DNA of 64,000 nt from Bacillota bacterium (lineage in GTDB: Bacteria; Bacillota; DTU025): NCBI GenBank assembly GCA_050951805.1, contig JBMNJT010000002.1:1440001-1504000 (forward strand). The letters run 5' to 3'. A program made the translations under genes and the position numbers. Positions 21,686 through 32,062 of this stretch are shown piece by piece. Every line of letters starts with the position of its first letter. The first letter of the stretch is position 1. Below the pieces are notes generated by a model. It was not told the DNA's origin, searched no databases, and saw nothing but the letters and a program-made list of their open reading frames with translations.

Positions 21686-22162
21686 CTATTCTATCATGCC
21701 GGTTCTCCGAAGAGCATTCAGAAGCGGCACACCAAGAGCAAAAACGGCAACTCCCTCGCCTGCAGCCACGAGAAGCATGGTTGCAGGTATCGTCCAGAGG
21801 TGTATCTCCATGCCGACGAGGAACGGAACGTACGTCCCAACGACAATCCCGTTGACGATAATCGGAAAGAAGTAGGCCATTTTGGAATTCCTGAAGCGAT
21901 AGGTGAGCCATGCAGCTATAGCCGTGGCGGCAGTACCGAACACCACATCAAACACGCCCAGGGGACCTGCGACATTTGCAATGAGTGCCCCGCACGCGAG
22001 GCCTATGACTGCTTCCGGCCAGACAATAGGAAGCACTGTTAAGGCCTCAGCCACTCTTACCTGAAAAGCTCTGTATGAAATAGGGGCCAGAAGCAGACAC
22101 AACCCTGCGTACACGCCTGCTATTATCCCGGCGCGCGCTATGGATCTACCATCAAACTTCAT
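21686..22162 (-). CDS. queT: QueT-family queuosine precursor transporter
   Basis: APISY..FQVRVAEALTVLP, DVVFGT.AT, GEGVA; highly hydrophobic. Confidence 0.85.
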   Translation of the reverse strand: MKFDGRSIARAGIIAGVYAGLCLLLAPISYRAFQVRVAEALTVLPIVWPEAVIGLACGALIANVAGPLGVFDVVFGTAATAIAAWLTYRFRNSKMAYFFPIIVNGIVVGTYVPFLVGMEIHLWTIPATMLLVAAGEGVAVFALGVPLLNALRRTGMIE

Positions 22163-22285
22163 CTGCCCTACTCCTTTCGCCAACATCGCACGTACCTAAT
22201 TCTGCGCACATCCCTAGCGCAATACTCGTATGCTGCTTTCAGTCTCCGGTAGAGCTCCACATCCATGCCTGATATGAGGCATGGC

Positions 22286-22768
22286 CTAATAGGGATGCCA
22301 TTTCAACCCCACAGATCCTGCTCCAACCACCCTGCCCGATATGTCAAGAAGAGTCATTCTGCAGCTTGCAGGGTGCAAAGCTCCTGGAAGCCACCATTCA
22401 TTCCTGATCTTCACGCCCTCTGCGCCGAGCACGCCCTTTAAGGGCAATGTCTTCCTGACCACTCCCATGGTCCCGACGAGGGATATTGACTGAGTGAGCT
22501 TTCCGCCTTGTGGAAGGCCCTCGCCCTCAATTCTCTGGCCCTGAGCATCAATATAGTCGAGCCCTATTTCGTCAACAGTAAAGCTCCCTAGGCCGTCAAG
22601 CGTCAATGTGACAGTGCCCTCGATCTCACTTTTATTGAAATCAATCAAAAGTGGATCGGGATTCACTGTTATCCCAATCCTGGCCCGTCCGAGAGTGCAC
22701 CCAGTCATCGTTGTGACCACAACCGTAAGCAACGAAAGCAACAAAAACCCGTCAAGTAGCCGTTTCAT
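22286..22768 (-). CDS. Hypothetical lipoprotein (about 160 aa)
   Basis: GGAGG SD; MKRLL... signal peptide with lipobox MTGC. Confidence 0.7.
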   Translation of the reverse strand: MKRLLDGFLLLSLLTVVVTTMTGCTLGRARIGITVNPDPLLIDFNKSEIEGTVTLTLDGLGSFTVDEIGLDYIDAQGQRIEGEGLPQGGKLTQSISLVGTMGVVRKTLPLKGVLGAEGVKIRNEWWLPGALHPASCRMTLLDISGRVVGAGSVGLKWHPY

Positions 22769-22918
22769 GAATCCCGCCTCCCATGGCCGCGTACTCGCCC
22801 AACGGCAAACCGCCAGGCGCAGGGCGGATATGATATGAAATAGGGGGCCTGTCGCGGCAGCCCGCGGACAGGAGCCCCTACTACCAGTGATCATCCGATC
22901 ACGTCACATTGCTCTATC

Positions 22919-23380
22919 CTATCTCGCCTCAACCAATCCAACTTCGCATACAAGCGGATTGAGCTGAACGCCCAACCCTGTGCTGGTCAAAGTGAATTGC
23001 GCTTTGGCACCTCTGAACACGCCCTCGTCATCCCATAACACAGCGGGCGCTACTAGACCATCCAGTTCTGCCAGTTCCTGCTTGACTATCTTGCCGAGAG
23101 GCGATACAACGATCATAAGATCATCAACTCTCATCGTTGCCAGCGGCTCATCGTTGCCGCCTTCGAAAAACTTCACTGTCAGGGTGTCATATTTTCCGCC
23201 TGCTAGAAACCCTTTCATCTCCACAGTGATTGTACCGTCAAACTTGGCGTCCCTCACGCAAACAAGCTCTCCGGGAGAAATGCTCATAGCAATCTCTGTC
23301 TTCAGACATCCTGCCGTCATAGAGGCCATGACAAGAACTGCTGCGATGGCAATACCCCTCAAAACATGAGCCCTTTTCAT
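22919..23380 (-). CDS. Hypothetical lipoprotein (about 153 aa), probable paralog of its neighbour
   Basis: GGAGG SD; MKRAH... signal peptide with lipobox TAGC. Confidence 0.7.
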   Translation of the reverse strand: MKRAHVLRGIAIAAVLVMASMTAGCLKTEIAMSISPGELVCVRDAKFDGTITVEMKGFLAGGKYDTLTVKFFEGGNDEPLATMRVDDLMIVVSPLGKIVKQELAELDGLVAPAVLWDDEGVFRGAKAQFTLTSTGLGVQLNPLVCEVGLVEAR

Positions 23381-23432
23381 CAATAGACCCTCCCACATGA
23401 CGCAATTGGAACCACAGCATTGCGGTAGGATA

Positions 23433-23460
23433 ATTCTACTAGAAGACCTATATTCCTGCT
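23433..23460 (-). promoter_or_regulatory. SigH-type promoter of the lipoprotein pair
   Basis: AGCAGGAAT...GTAGAATT (AGGA-N17-GAAT). Confidence 0.6.
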
Positions 23461-24067
23461 ACTTGTCCCAGATGGGCCTCACTCATCGTGCAAGCAATTA
23501 CGGCGCAATTTTCAAGACATCCCACGATATTCCCTCAAGCTCATTCTGAGCATGTAGGCCTTGCCATGTCGTCGTTTCTTCCAGGAACCTGCTCGGACCC
23601 CCCAAAAAAGCAATTGGGAAGCGTATCGAGCCGAGTTTGTTGCGAGCGGTGTTTCACCATGTACACACCTGTGAGGTGATTTGCCAGGTTTACCAAGGGG
23701 AGGCAGTGATTCTACGGGAATTGCCGCCTCGCAATATCAGTTCCGTCCGGTCTACCTTCAGAGCCGTTCCTTACAGCACCAGCCATGTCCCAACCGTTCA
23801 ACTACGAACGACTGATGGTATCGTCCAGAATAAGAACCTCCCTCGACATTGGCTGTTAATGCAACCGGAGGCGTTTGGAGCGGAGATTTGCGAAACTGGA
23901 CTAAGCACGGCGCCTTACCAAAAAAGAATGCCCCATTTCGATGCCGCGTTCCCGCAGCTGGCATCATAACAGGGCACTGAGAAGTCTTAATACCCTGACC
24001 AAATCGCCAGAGTAAACAGGATAGAGCAAGAGCCAGCCTTCCTGCGCTTCAGCAAATCCGACTCGAC

Positions 24068-24418
24068 TCAGACCGAGGCGACTTGCTCCACTCGACGTTT
24101 CAAAACAGCCAACGGCGTGACTCCCACTACTTTATCCACTGGCTTCCCATTTTTGAAAATGATGACAGTCGGTATGCTCATAATGCCGTATTTCTCGGCT
24201 GTCCGAGGATTCTCATCCACGTTGAGCTTGGCAACTTTGACGATTTCGTCCTTGGCGTGGTATTCTTCCGCCAGCTTATCGATAATAGGGCCCTGCATTC
24301 TGCAAGGTCCGCACCAGGCAGCCCAAAAATCTACTATAGCGACCCCCGAGAAATCGCCTATTTCCGCGCCGAAACTTGCGTCCGTAATCTCAATTGGCGT
24401 GACACTATTTGCCATCAC
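24068..24418 (-). CDS. trxA: Thioredoxin
   Basis: DFWAAWCGPC, LNVDENP, MSIPT. Confidence 0.96.
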   Translation of the reverse strand: MMANSVTPIEITDASFGAEIGDFSGVAIVDFWAAWCGPCRMQGPIIDKLAEEYHAKDEIVKVAKLNVDENPRTAEKYGIMSIPTVIIFKNGKPVDKVVGVTPLAVLKRRVEQVASV

Positions 24419-24493
24419 ACAGTCAGTCCTCCCTCAAGATCCACCCCACATTGCCCGCGCGATCCCGATCTCTGCATCATTAGTGGCAGCCGT

Positions 24494-24510
24494 ATACGGT
24501 ATGGGGGTAT
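24494..24510. promoter_or_regulatory. Putative CsoR/CstR-family operator
   Basis: ATACGGTATGGGGGTAT (ATAC...G-tract...GTAT) just downstream of the trxA -10. Confidence 0.5.
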
Positions 24511-24520
24511 CCTCACTTGA

Positions 24521-24549
24521 ATTATAGATCCATGGTCGAAAGGTGTCAA
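24521..24549 (-). promoter_or_regulatory. SigA promoter of trxA
   Basis: Perfect TTGACA-N17-TATAAT. Confidence 0.85.
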
Positions 24550-24604
24550 CAGATTCTGCAAACCTAAAGCAGCACGGCATTTTTCGCATCTTCCAAGGCT
24601 TATT

Positions 24605-25357
24605 CTACCCAAGTTCTCCCATGTGATAGAGGATAATTGCAGCGACTACCGGACCTGCTGTCTCCGTGCGCAGGATCCTCTGCCCCAAGGTAACAGTTGT
24701 CGCGCCATGGGCGCGGGCGTATTCAACTTCGGCATGGGAGAAACCTCCTTCTGGGCCAATGAAAAAGCCCACACTAGGGAATGACGAAGGATTGAGCTCG
24801 GAGAGGGCCTGATGCAGACTGTACTCCTGTTCGAGCTCCCATGGAAACACCATGAGAGCACCTTCATGGCGCAACATCTCTATCGCTGACTTGAGAGTGC
24901 CTATGTCAGCAACTAGTGGAATCGCTTCGCGCCCGCTCTGCTTCGCCGCCTCCTCCGCAATTCGCCTCCATCGCGCCATCCTTCGATCGGCAGAAGCTCC
25001 GTCAGGCCTCAGCACACTCCGTTCAGACATGACTGGAATGATCCTTGCAATCCCTATCTCCGTGCACTTTTGTATGATCCCGTCCATCTTGTCAGCCTTC
25101 GGTAATCCCTGGACCAACGTGATGGGCACGTGAGGTTCCGATACACCCGAATCACACATGCTCTCTATTCTGGCTTCGACAGTCGTCTCGCGGGTTGCCG
25201 TAATCCGCGCCACATATCGGCGGCCCACTCCATCGACTACGACAATGGCATCGCCAAGCTTCAGACGAAGTGCCTTCACGATATGGCGCGCGTCTCTTCC
25301 TGATATTGTCACCAGATCGCCTGATATAGCATCGCATCCAACAAAGAACCTGCGCAT
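24605..25357 (-). CDS. rsmE: 16S rRNA m3U1498 methyltransferase
   Basis: QKCTEIG, EAAKQSGR, IGPEGGF, LGQRILRTETA. Confidence 0.96.
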   Translation of the reverse strand: MRRFFVGCDAISGDLVTISGRDARHIVKALRLKLGDAIVVVDGVGRRYVARITATRETTVEARIESMCDSGVSEPHVPITLVQGLPKADKMDGIIQKCTEIGIARIIPVMSERSVLRPDGASADRRMARWRRIAEEAAKQSGREAIPLVADIGTLKSAIEMLRHEGALMVFPWELEQEYSLHQALSELNPSSFPSVGFFIGPEGGFSHAEVEYARAHGATTVTLGQRILRTETAGPVVAAIILYHMGELG

Positions 25358-25358
25358 T

Positions 25359-26297
25359 TCAACCCTCCGAAACCAACGTCACCCAATCTTCGAACTGCAG
25401 GCGATCGATGACGCTGTGGCCAACAGACTCCAGAGCCCGCCGCACCGATTCCTCCTGTTTTGCCACGAACCCCGATGATATGAACTTGCCCTTCGGATAC
25501 AGGAGGCGTGGAACGTCGGACGCAAGGCGCGCGACCACGCCTGCAAGAATGTTGGCGACTACCACATCATACCTTTCAGAGATGCCTGACGCAAGGTCAC
25601 CAAGACCTATTGAAACTACATGAGAAACCTTATTCTCGTCCACATTCGAACGAGCTACAGCCACCGCAACTGAATCGCTATCTACGCCGTAAACCCGAGC
25701 GGCTCCCAATTTCGCTGCGGCTATGGACAGAATCCCCGATCCACATCCGATATCCAGCACGCGCACACCGGGCACAACATGACTTTCTATCGCGGCGAGC
25801 GCGCCTCTGGTCGATTCGTGTTGCCCTGTCCCAAAAGCTTCACCCGGATCGAGCAATATCACCACCTCCCCTTCACGGGGAGAATAATCGACCCATGACG
25901 GCACAACAACTATTCTATCGCCCACATGCTCTACTTTATAGTGAGACTTCCACGCCGCTGCCCAGTTGGAGTTCTCCACCTGCCTCAGCATGATAGTTGG
26001 GCACGGTAGACACCCGCCCTTTAGGGCCCACATCTCTTCAAGGCCCCTCTTTATGGTACCGATTCGCCGCTCGAGGAGATCATCGACGGGGAAATAAGCT
26101 ATAACCCGCGTGGGCCCGCCAAAGCACGCACCTTCGGGGTACAACGCCGCCTCGCTACCCTCCGCAACGGCCATGCTATCAGTAATCAATGAGGGGCCGG
26201 TGAAAGCCACTCCACCCGCCCCCGCCATTCGAAATACCTCAGCCACCATTTCGGAATCTTCGTCCGATACCTCACACGAGACTTCAGCCCAAATCAC
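25359..26297 (-). CDS. prmA: Ribosomal protein L11 methyltransferase
   Basis: W...WK, DPGEAFGTGQH.ST, LDIGCGSGILSI, ANILA. Confidence 0.95.
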   Translation of the reverse strand: MIWAEVSCEVSDEDSEMVAEVFRMAGAGGVAFTGPSLITDSMAVAEGSEAALYPEGACFGGPTRVIAYFPVDDLLERRIGTIKRGLEEMWALKGGCLPCPTIMLRQVENSNWAAAWKSHYKVEHVGDRIVVVPSWVDYSPREGEVVILLDPGEAFGTGQHESTRGALAAIESHVVPGVRVLDIGCGSGILSIAAAKLGAARVYGVDSDSVAVAVARSNVDENKVSHVVSIGLGDLASGISERYDVVVANILAGVVARLASDVPRLLYPKGKFISSGFVAKQEESVRRALESVGHSVIDRLQFEDWVTLVSEG

Positions 26298-26311
26298 ATC
26301 GATACACCGCC

Positions 26312-27466
26312 TTACGACTTGTCCCGTCTGTGAAGTACCTTCCCCCACCTAGACTGCTTTTTGCCCCCGGTCTCACCAGCGCTGGCGCCTTGGATCTGTG
26401 CAAGTTCCCGAAGAAGCTCCTCTTCTCTTTCGCTCAGCTTCTGTGGAGTAACAACTCGCACCGTCACGATCATATCTCCCCTAGCAAACCCGCGCAAAAT
26501 TGGCATCCCTTTGCCACGTTGGCGAAACTCTTCACCTGTCTGAGTTCCTCGGGGGATGTTAATCGTCATCTTAGACCCGTCGATAGTCGGAACAACGATC
26601 TCGCCGCCCAGGGCCAGTTGGGGAAATGAAACAGGCACTTCTATTCTTAAATCGTTTCCGTCTCGCTTAAACACGCTATGGGGCTTTACTTTAATATAGA
26701 CGTACAGATCACCGGGGAGGCCTCCCCGGAGTCCCGCATCGCCTGCACCCCTGATCCGCACCCTCGACCCACTATCCACTCCTGCGGGAACATTCACCTC
26801 TATGCGCTCTGTTTTCTTGACGCAACCAGCGCCTCCGCAATCATTGCACGGAAAGTCCACGATTGTCCCCTCGCCACGGCACTTAGGACACGTTGTTACC
26901 CTGGTGAAGGTGCCAAAAGCCGTTCTGCTCATCGAATGGACCTGTCCGCGTCCTGCGCATTCAGGACATGTCGTCCGAGAAGTTCCCGGCTCCATCCCCT
27001 CGCCGCCACATCGTTCACACATGGTCATCCTGTCGACACTGATCTCCTTGTTGACCCCTGTGGCCGCTTCCTCCAGCGTTATTTCGACAGTTGCCTTGAG
27101 GTCATGCCCTCTCACAGGTCCCCGCGATTCTGGATACGCAGCACGCGTAAACGGGGAATCGCCGAAAAATGCATCAAAAATACTGCCGAACGGGTCAAAT
27201 CCTCCAAAATCCTGGCTCCATCCACCGCCGGCAACTCCGTCCTCATGTCCGTATCTATCATACCTAGCTCGCTTTTGGGGATCAGAGAGCACCTGATAGG
27301 CTTCGTTAATCTCCTTGAACTTCGCTTCAGCCGAGGAGTCATTGGGGTTCACATCCGGGTGCCACTTGCGGGCAAGATCCCAGTATGCCTTCTTTATCTC
27401 CTCGTCAGATGCGTTTCTTTCAACCCCTAAAACCTCATAGTAATCCCGGTTGCCCGTAGCAAACAC
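26312..27466 (-). CDS. dnaJ: Chaperone DnaJ
   Basis: J domain with HPD, G/F region, four CxxCxGxG repeats. Confidence 0.97.
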   Translation of the reverse strand: MFATGNRDYYEVLGVERNASDEEIKKAYWDLARKWHPDVNPNDSSAEAKFKEINEAYQVLSDPQKRARYDRYGHEDGVAGGGWSQDFGGFDPFGSIFDAFFGDSPFTRAAYPESRGPVRGHDLKATVEITLEEAATGVNKEISVDRMTMCERCGGEGMEPGTSRTTCPECAGRGQVHSMSRTAFGTFTRVTTCPKCRGEGTIVDFPCNDCGGAGCVKKTERIEVNVPAGVDSGSRVRIRGAGDAGLRGGLPGDLYVYIKVKPHSVFKRDGNDLRIEVPVSFPQLALGGEIVVPTIDGSKMTINIPRGTQTGEEFRQRGKGMPILRGFARGDMIVTVRVVTPQKLSEREEELLRELAQIQGASAGETGGKKQSRWGKVLHRRDKS

Positions 27467-27479
27467 CGCCTCGTCCGCG

Positions 27480-28532
27480 CTATTTAATTGACTGAGTTCG
27501 AGTCAGCAAATCCGAAAGGCTTTCCGCTATGTGAGCCACCAATGCTATCGTAAGGGAGTAGTCAATCCTGGTTGGCCCCACTACTGCGATGGTGCCCACC
27601 ACCTGGCCGCGTATTCCGTAAGGGGCACAAATCACGCTGCATTCCCTCAGTTCTTCCCTTGTGTTTTCAGAACCGATAGTCACCTGCGCCCCACCCAGCC
27701 CCCTGGACGCAGACCCTGAAAGTTCAGTCAATACCAGGTCATCCGATTCAAGAAACTCCAGAATCGGCCTGGCGCGTTCGATTTCGCTGAACTCCGGTTG
27801 GCCGAGGAGCTTCATCAAGCCGTCCACATAAACCCTGTTCTCATCTGATGATCTGATAGCAGAGAGCAACAGCTCAAACATCTGTTCCAGGAAGGATGCG
27901 TAAGCGTCCAGGTCCGACAGGATATCCCTCAACACCTTTCCACGCATCTGCGAAAGCGACCTTCCGCGCAGCCTGTGGTTGAGCATCCGCGACATATTCT
28001 CAAGGTCGACGGGGTTCATCTCATGCTCAATCGAAAGGATTTTATGCTCCACAAGACCTGCGTTGGTGACGACTAGCACCAATATGCTATCGGAACTGAA
28101 AGGAACCAACTGAATGTGGCGAATCTCAGCCGTTTTCACTCCCGGACCTATCACTATGGACGCACAGTTCGAAAGCTCTCCCAACACCTTCGCAGTGGCC
28201 CTGATCAATGATTGTATCTCATCGCTGCGCTTTGCGCATTCTGCCCTGATCTTTTTTTCCTCGAGGCCAGTCAGATTCCGCTCAGGCATGAGAGAGTCAA
28301 CGTAGAACCGGTAACCTTTATCGGACGGAATCCTGCCTGCCGAAACATGCGGCTGCTCGAGATAACCTTCCTCCTCCAGGTCAGCCATTTCATTCCTTAT
28401 CGTCGCAGAACTGACTCCAAGTCCGTATTTTCTGGCGATGGTTCTTGAGCCCACCGGTTCAGCCGTTGATATGTAGTCATCGGTCACAGCTCGCAGTATA
28501 GCCTTTTTCCTGTCCGCCATGTTCTCAGCCAT
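27480..28532 (-). CDS. hrcA: Heat-inducible repressor HrcA
   Basis: [38 protein letters not shown]. Confidence 0.97.
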   Translation of the reverse strand: MAENMADRKKAILRAVTDDYISTAEPVGSRTIARKYGLGVSSATIRNEMADLEEEGYLEQPHVSAGRIPSDKGYRFYVDSLMPERNLTGLEEKKIRAECAKRSDEIQSLIRATAKVLGELSNCASIVIGPGVKTAEIRHIQLVPFSSDSILVLVVTNAGLVEHKILSIEHEMNPVDLENMSRMLNHRLRGRSLSQMRGKVLRDILSDLDAYASFLEQMFELLLSAIRSSDENRVYVDGLMKLLGQPEFSEIERARPILEFLESDDLVLTELSGSASRGLGGAQVTIGSENTREELRECSVICAPYGIRGQVVGTIAVVGPTRIDYSLTIALVAHIAESLSDLLTRTQSIK

Positions 28533-28598
28533 CGCTCTCACCCCACTCTCAATTTTACCAGCCTCTGCACGCCCCAACGCCACGATAACCCAGGTCGT

Positions 28599-28625
28599 TT
28601 AGCACTCACAGTAGTCGAGTGCTAA
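28599..28625. promoter_or_regulatory. CIRCE element (HrcA operator)
   Basis: Perfect TTAGCACTC-N9-GAGTGCTAA. Confidence 0.97.
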
Positions 28626-28629
28626 AAAC

Positions 28630-28658
28630 AACATAACATCACAGTTCGGCCCTGTCAA
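28630..28658 (-). promoter_or_regulatory. SigA promoter of the hrcA operon
   Basis: TTGACA-N17-TATGTT with TG extension, directly upstream of CIRCE. Confidence 0.75.
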
Positions 28659-29878
28659 GACTGAGCACTATCTCCACAGTCAACACACTCTGAGAACACC
28701 AGGTTCCCAAGGAGGAATCCTCTAGGAGTAAGTCTCACTTTGCCACCAGAGAAGTTGACAAGCCCTTTCTCTGCCAAGTCTGCGAACCTTGCGCCGTACT
28801 CTCCCAACAAGTCTTCCCCATAAAGACGCCCTATGGAAACGAGGTCAATCCCTTCCGACATGCGCAACCCCAACATCAATCTGTCCTGGGCTTCCTCGAA
28901 AGCCGTTCGCTCCTCGAACCCAGACAGCGCCCGCGTCCCTTCGGATATCGAAGCAACGTACTTGTCCACCGACTCCACATTCCACGACCTGACCGATCCC
29001 CCCGCCCCGGCAGGCAGATGCGAATGGGCGGCCACCCCAAGTCCGACATAATACCCGCAAGTCCAGTACCGAATGTTATGCACGCTTTCGAAGCCTGGAA
29101 TCGCAAAATTCGAGACCTCATACCTTACGTACCCTGCATCTTCCACACGGGAAACCAGCCACTCATAGAACTCGGCCACCAAGTCGTCATCGGGCACCGT
29201 CTGCACGCCCGAAGCTATAGCTCGAGCCAACACAGTGCCCTCTTCAACCGAAAGACAGTATGCAGACAGGTGCTGCGGTCCAAGGGATATCACCGCATCT
29301 AAAGTCTGAGCCAATGACTGACCGGTCTGTCCTGGCGCCCCTAAAATCAGATCCACACTGACATTATCAAACCCTGCTTCACGCGCCCACTCATAGGCAC
29401 GCAAACAGTCTTCTGGCGAATGCACGCGTCCCAATGAAGCTAACTCGCGCGCATCCAAGGACTGAAATCCGAGAGAAAGGCGATTAACTCCGCTCTGCCG
29501 GAGGGCAGCAAGCCCGCGGGGATCCACAGTGCCCGGATTAGCTTCCACAGTCGTCTCCAGATCCGCAGAATCGAAGCCTCCGTATGTTGGATCCGAAGCG
29601 TTGATCTTTTCCACCTCTGCGATGAGCGTGCTGACGAAGGGAGCCAGCTTCTGCCAGGGAACACACGTTGGGGTTCCGCCCCCTACATATAGCGTAGTAA
29701 TGGGACGTATCTGTTCCAATTCCGTCTTTCTCAGGCGCAACTCGTCAACGACTGAAGACAAATACGCCTCCATGACTTGGATATTATCACCTGCAGGATA
29801 TGATATGAAATCACAGTAGCTGCACTTGCGTACGCAAAACGGCACGTGGACATAGACTCCCCCCGAATTCTGGTTCAT
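28655..29878 (-). CDS. hemW: Radical SAM heme chaperone HemW
   Basis: [34 protein letters not shown]; lies between lepA and hrcA. Confidence 0.92.
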   Translation of the reverse strand: MNQNSGGVYVHVPFCVRKCSYCDFISYPAGDNIQVMEAYLSSVVDELRLRKTELEQIRPITTLYVGGGTPTCVPWQKLAPFVSTLIAEVEKINASDPTYGGFDSADLETTVEANPGTVDPRGLAALRQSGVNRLSLGFQSLDARELASLGRVHSPEDCLRAYEWAREAGFDNVSVDLILGAPGQTGQSLAQTLDAVISLGPQHLSAYCLSVEEGTVLARAIASGVQTVPDDDLVAEFYEWLVSRVEDAGYVRYEVSNFAIPGFESVHNIRYWTCGYYVGLGVAAHSHLPAGAGGSVRSWNVESVDKYVASISEGTRALSGFEERTAFEEAQDRLMLGLRMSEGIDLVSIGRLYGEDLLGEYGARFADLAEKGLVNFSGGKVRLTPRGFLLGNLVFSECVDCGDSAQS

Positions 29879-31686
29879 AGCTCATCGTCATCGGCCAATA
29901 CAGCCATAAAAGCCTCCTGTGGTATCTCAACATGCCCGAACTGCTTCATTCGCCGCTTGCCCTCTTTCTGCTTCTCAAGCAACTTACGCTTCCTGGAGAC
30001 ATCGCCCCCGTAGCACTTGGCAAGGACATCCTTCCTGACAGCCTTCACAGTCTCCCTAGCAATGACCCGAGATCCCACAGCAGCCTGAATAGGTACGTCA
30101 AAAAGCTGGCGGGGGATGAGCTTGCGCAGTCTCTCCACCAATGACCTTCCCCGCTTGTCGGCAAAATCTGCGTGAACGATGCTGGACAGGGCATCTACCG
30201 GTTTCCCCCCGACCAGGATATCCAGTTTAACAAGGTCAGATGGCCTGTACTCCAAGAATTCGTACTCCATCGATGCATAGCCACGCGTCCTCGACTTGAG
30301 CTTGTCGAAAAAGTCGTAAATGATCTCGGCCAACGGCATGTCGTATGTGAGCCTCACCCTTGTTGGGCCAATGAAGTGCATGTCATGGACTTCCCCTCGT
30401 CTTTCGACAGCGAGTTCCATTACGGGGCCTATATAGTCTGAAGGTACGAATATGGTAGTTCGCACAAAAGGTTCTTCAATCGTCTCTATCTGTGCTACAG
30501 GTGGAAGATTTGCCGGGTTGTCCACCATTATGCACTCTCCGGACATCTTGTTTACCCGATACGCCACAGATGGAGCCGTTGTTATCAGTTCAAGATTGTA
30601 TTCCCGTTCCAGCCTCTCCTGGACTATCTCCATATGGAGCAGACCAAGAAAACCGCATCTGAACCCAAATCCCAAGGCAGCAGATGTCTCTGGCTCGTAG
30701 GCTATCGAAGCATCATTCAGCTTCAGTTTTTCAAGAGCATCCCTGAGATCCCCGTAGGCGCTGTTCTCCAGTGGATACAACCCACAATAGACCATTGGAA
30801 CAGCGGGCCGATAGCCAGGCAAGGGCGACGCCGCAGGATTCTCCGCGGATGTTATCGTATCGCCCACGGGGACATCCCCGACTTCCTTTATCTGCGCCAC
30901 CAAGAACCCCACCTCGCCCGGACCGAGGCATTCTACCTCCTCCATTTCCGGCCTGAAGACCCCGAGCTCGGTAACATCATGTTCCGTTCCCGTGCTCATC
31001 ACCTTGACCACGTCGCCCACCTTAACCATGCCCTCTACAATGCGGATATGGGCGATGACACCGCGATAAGGATCGAAATGGGAGTCGAATACAAGAGCAC
31101 GCAGAGGTTTGTCGCGGTCTCCCGATGGCGGAGGAATGCGCTCAACCACGGCCTCCAACACGTCAAGAACGCCCTCTCCTGTCTTGGCGCTTGTGAAGAT
31201 GACTTCCTCAGGACCCACGCCAAGAAGATCCACCAGCTCCTCCCGAACCCGTTCCGGCTCGGCATTGGGCAAGTCTATCTTGTTCACCACGGGCACTATC
31301 TCGAGGCCATTGTCGACCGCCAGATACAGATTGGCCAGAGTCTGTGCCTCAATCCCCTGGGTTGCATCGACTACGAGGACGGCCCCTTCACATGCAGCAA
31401 GGGAACGCGATACCTCATAGGTAAAATCGACATGACCGGGAGTGTCTATGAGATTGAGCACATAGACCTCCCCGTTTGGGCGAGCGTACCTTATTCGCAC
31501 TGGTTTCAGTTTGATGGTTATCCCGCGTTCGCGTTCCAAATCCATTTTGTCAAGAAATTGCTCAACCATGGAACGCTCATCGATCGCGCCGGTCAGTTCC
31601 AGAATGCGATCGGCAAGCGTAGATTTCCCATGGTCAATGTGGGCAATAATGCAAAAGTTTCTGATACCTTCTATGTTCATATCCAC
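29875..31686 (-). CDS. lepA: Elongation factor 4
   Basis: [32 protein letters not shown]. Confidence 0.98.
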   Translation of the reverse strand: MDMNIEGIRNFCIIAHIDHGKSTLADRILELTGAIDERSMVEQFLDKMDLERERGITIKLKPVRIRYARPNGEVYVLNLIDTPGHVDFTYEVSRSLAACEGAVLVVDATQGIEAQTLANLYLAVDNGLEIVPVVNKIDLPNAEPERVREELVDLLGVGPEEVIFTSAKTGEGVLDVLEAVVERIPPPSGDRDKPLRALVFDSHFDPYRGVIAHIRIVEGMVKVGDVVKVMSTGTEHDVTELGVFRPEMEEVECLGPGEVGFLVAQIKEVGDVPVGDTITSAENPAASPLPGYRPAVPMVYCGLYPLENSAYGDLRDALEKLKLNDASIAYEPETSAALGFGFRCGFLGLLHMEIVQERLEREYNLELITTAPSVAYRVNKMSGECIMVDNPANLPPVAQIETIEEPFVRTTIFVPSDYIGPVMELAVERRGEVHDMHFIGPTRVRLTYDMPLAEIIYDFFDKLKSRTRGYASMEYEFLEYRPSDLVKLDILVGGKPVDALSSIVHADFADKRGRSLVERLRKLIPRQLFDVPIQAAVGSRVIARETVKAVRKDVLAKCYGGDVSRKRKLLEKQKEGKRRMKQFGHVEIPQEAFMAVLADDDEL

Positions 31687-31804
31687 CTCAGAGCCACTAT
31701 GCGCCGCTTTTCGCGGCCTGGTAGGAACTCCACACTAAATTATAACACATGTAGCAATGACTCTTCGGAGACATGCTCGACACCGATTGCCCGGACCTCT
31801 CATA

Positions 31805-32059
31805 CTACTTCAGTGCATTCTCAAATTCGATCCTTACGGCTCGTCCGAAAGCTTCGAGCACTATCCCATGGTAACCTCCGCCAACCGCCCGAATCCGGAC
31901 GGGGCTCCACTGGCTACCGGCTCCCGCCAGCTGCGACGAATTGCTGCCCGCCACTGCGATAGCTATGAACACAACTATCAAGAAAAGGCATGCAATGGCA
32001 GGGACCACCGCAAACGCCCGGCGGCCTCTCCCCGTTTCCCACTGGTCGATTCTCCTCAT
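31805..32059 (-). CDS. Small single-TM membrane protein (positional YqxA-like)
   Basis: One hydrophobic segment; between spoIIP and lepA. Confidence 0.5.
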   Translation of the reverse strand: MRRIDQWETGRGRRAFAVVPAIACLFLIVVFIAIAVAGSNSSQLAGAGSQWSPVRIRAVGGGYHGIVLEAFGRAVRIEFENALK

Positions 32060-32062
32060 TGG

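Noticed and set aside
21570-21911. N-terminal extension of the 574-aa mtaB ORF
   Set aside because: Overlaps queT in another frame; a good SD and GTG at 21569 give a normal-length MtaB
22190-22285. preQ1 riboswitch upstream of queT
   Set aside because: Looked for but not found; only a generic hairpin is present
23480-24060. About 580-nt intergenic region with a 110-aa ORF and a hairpin at about 23700-23730
   Set aside because: No well-spaced SD/start, no recognisable protein or RNA family; possibly a decayed gene
30634-31962. 442-aa plus-strand ORF, and many similar antisense ORFs in the track
   Set aside because: Antisense shadows of well-supported genes (here lepA); expected in GC-rich coding DNA and show no motifs
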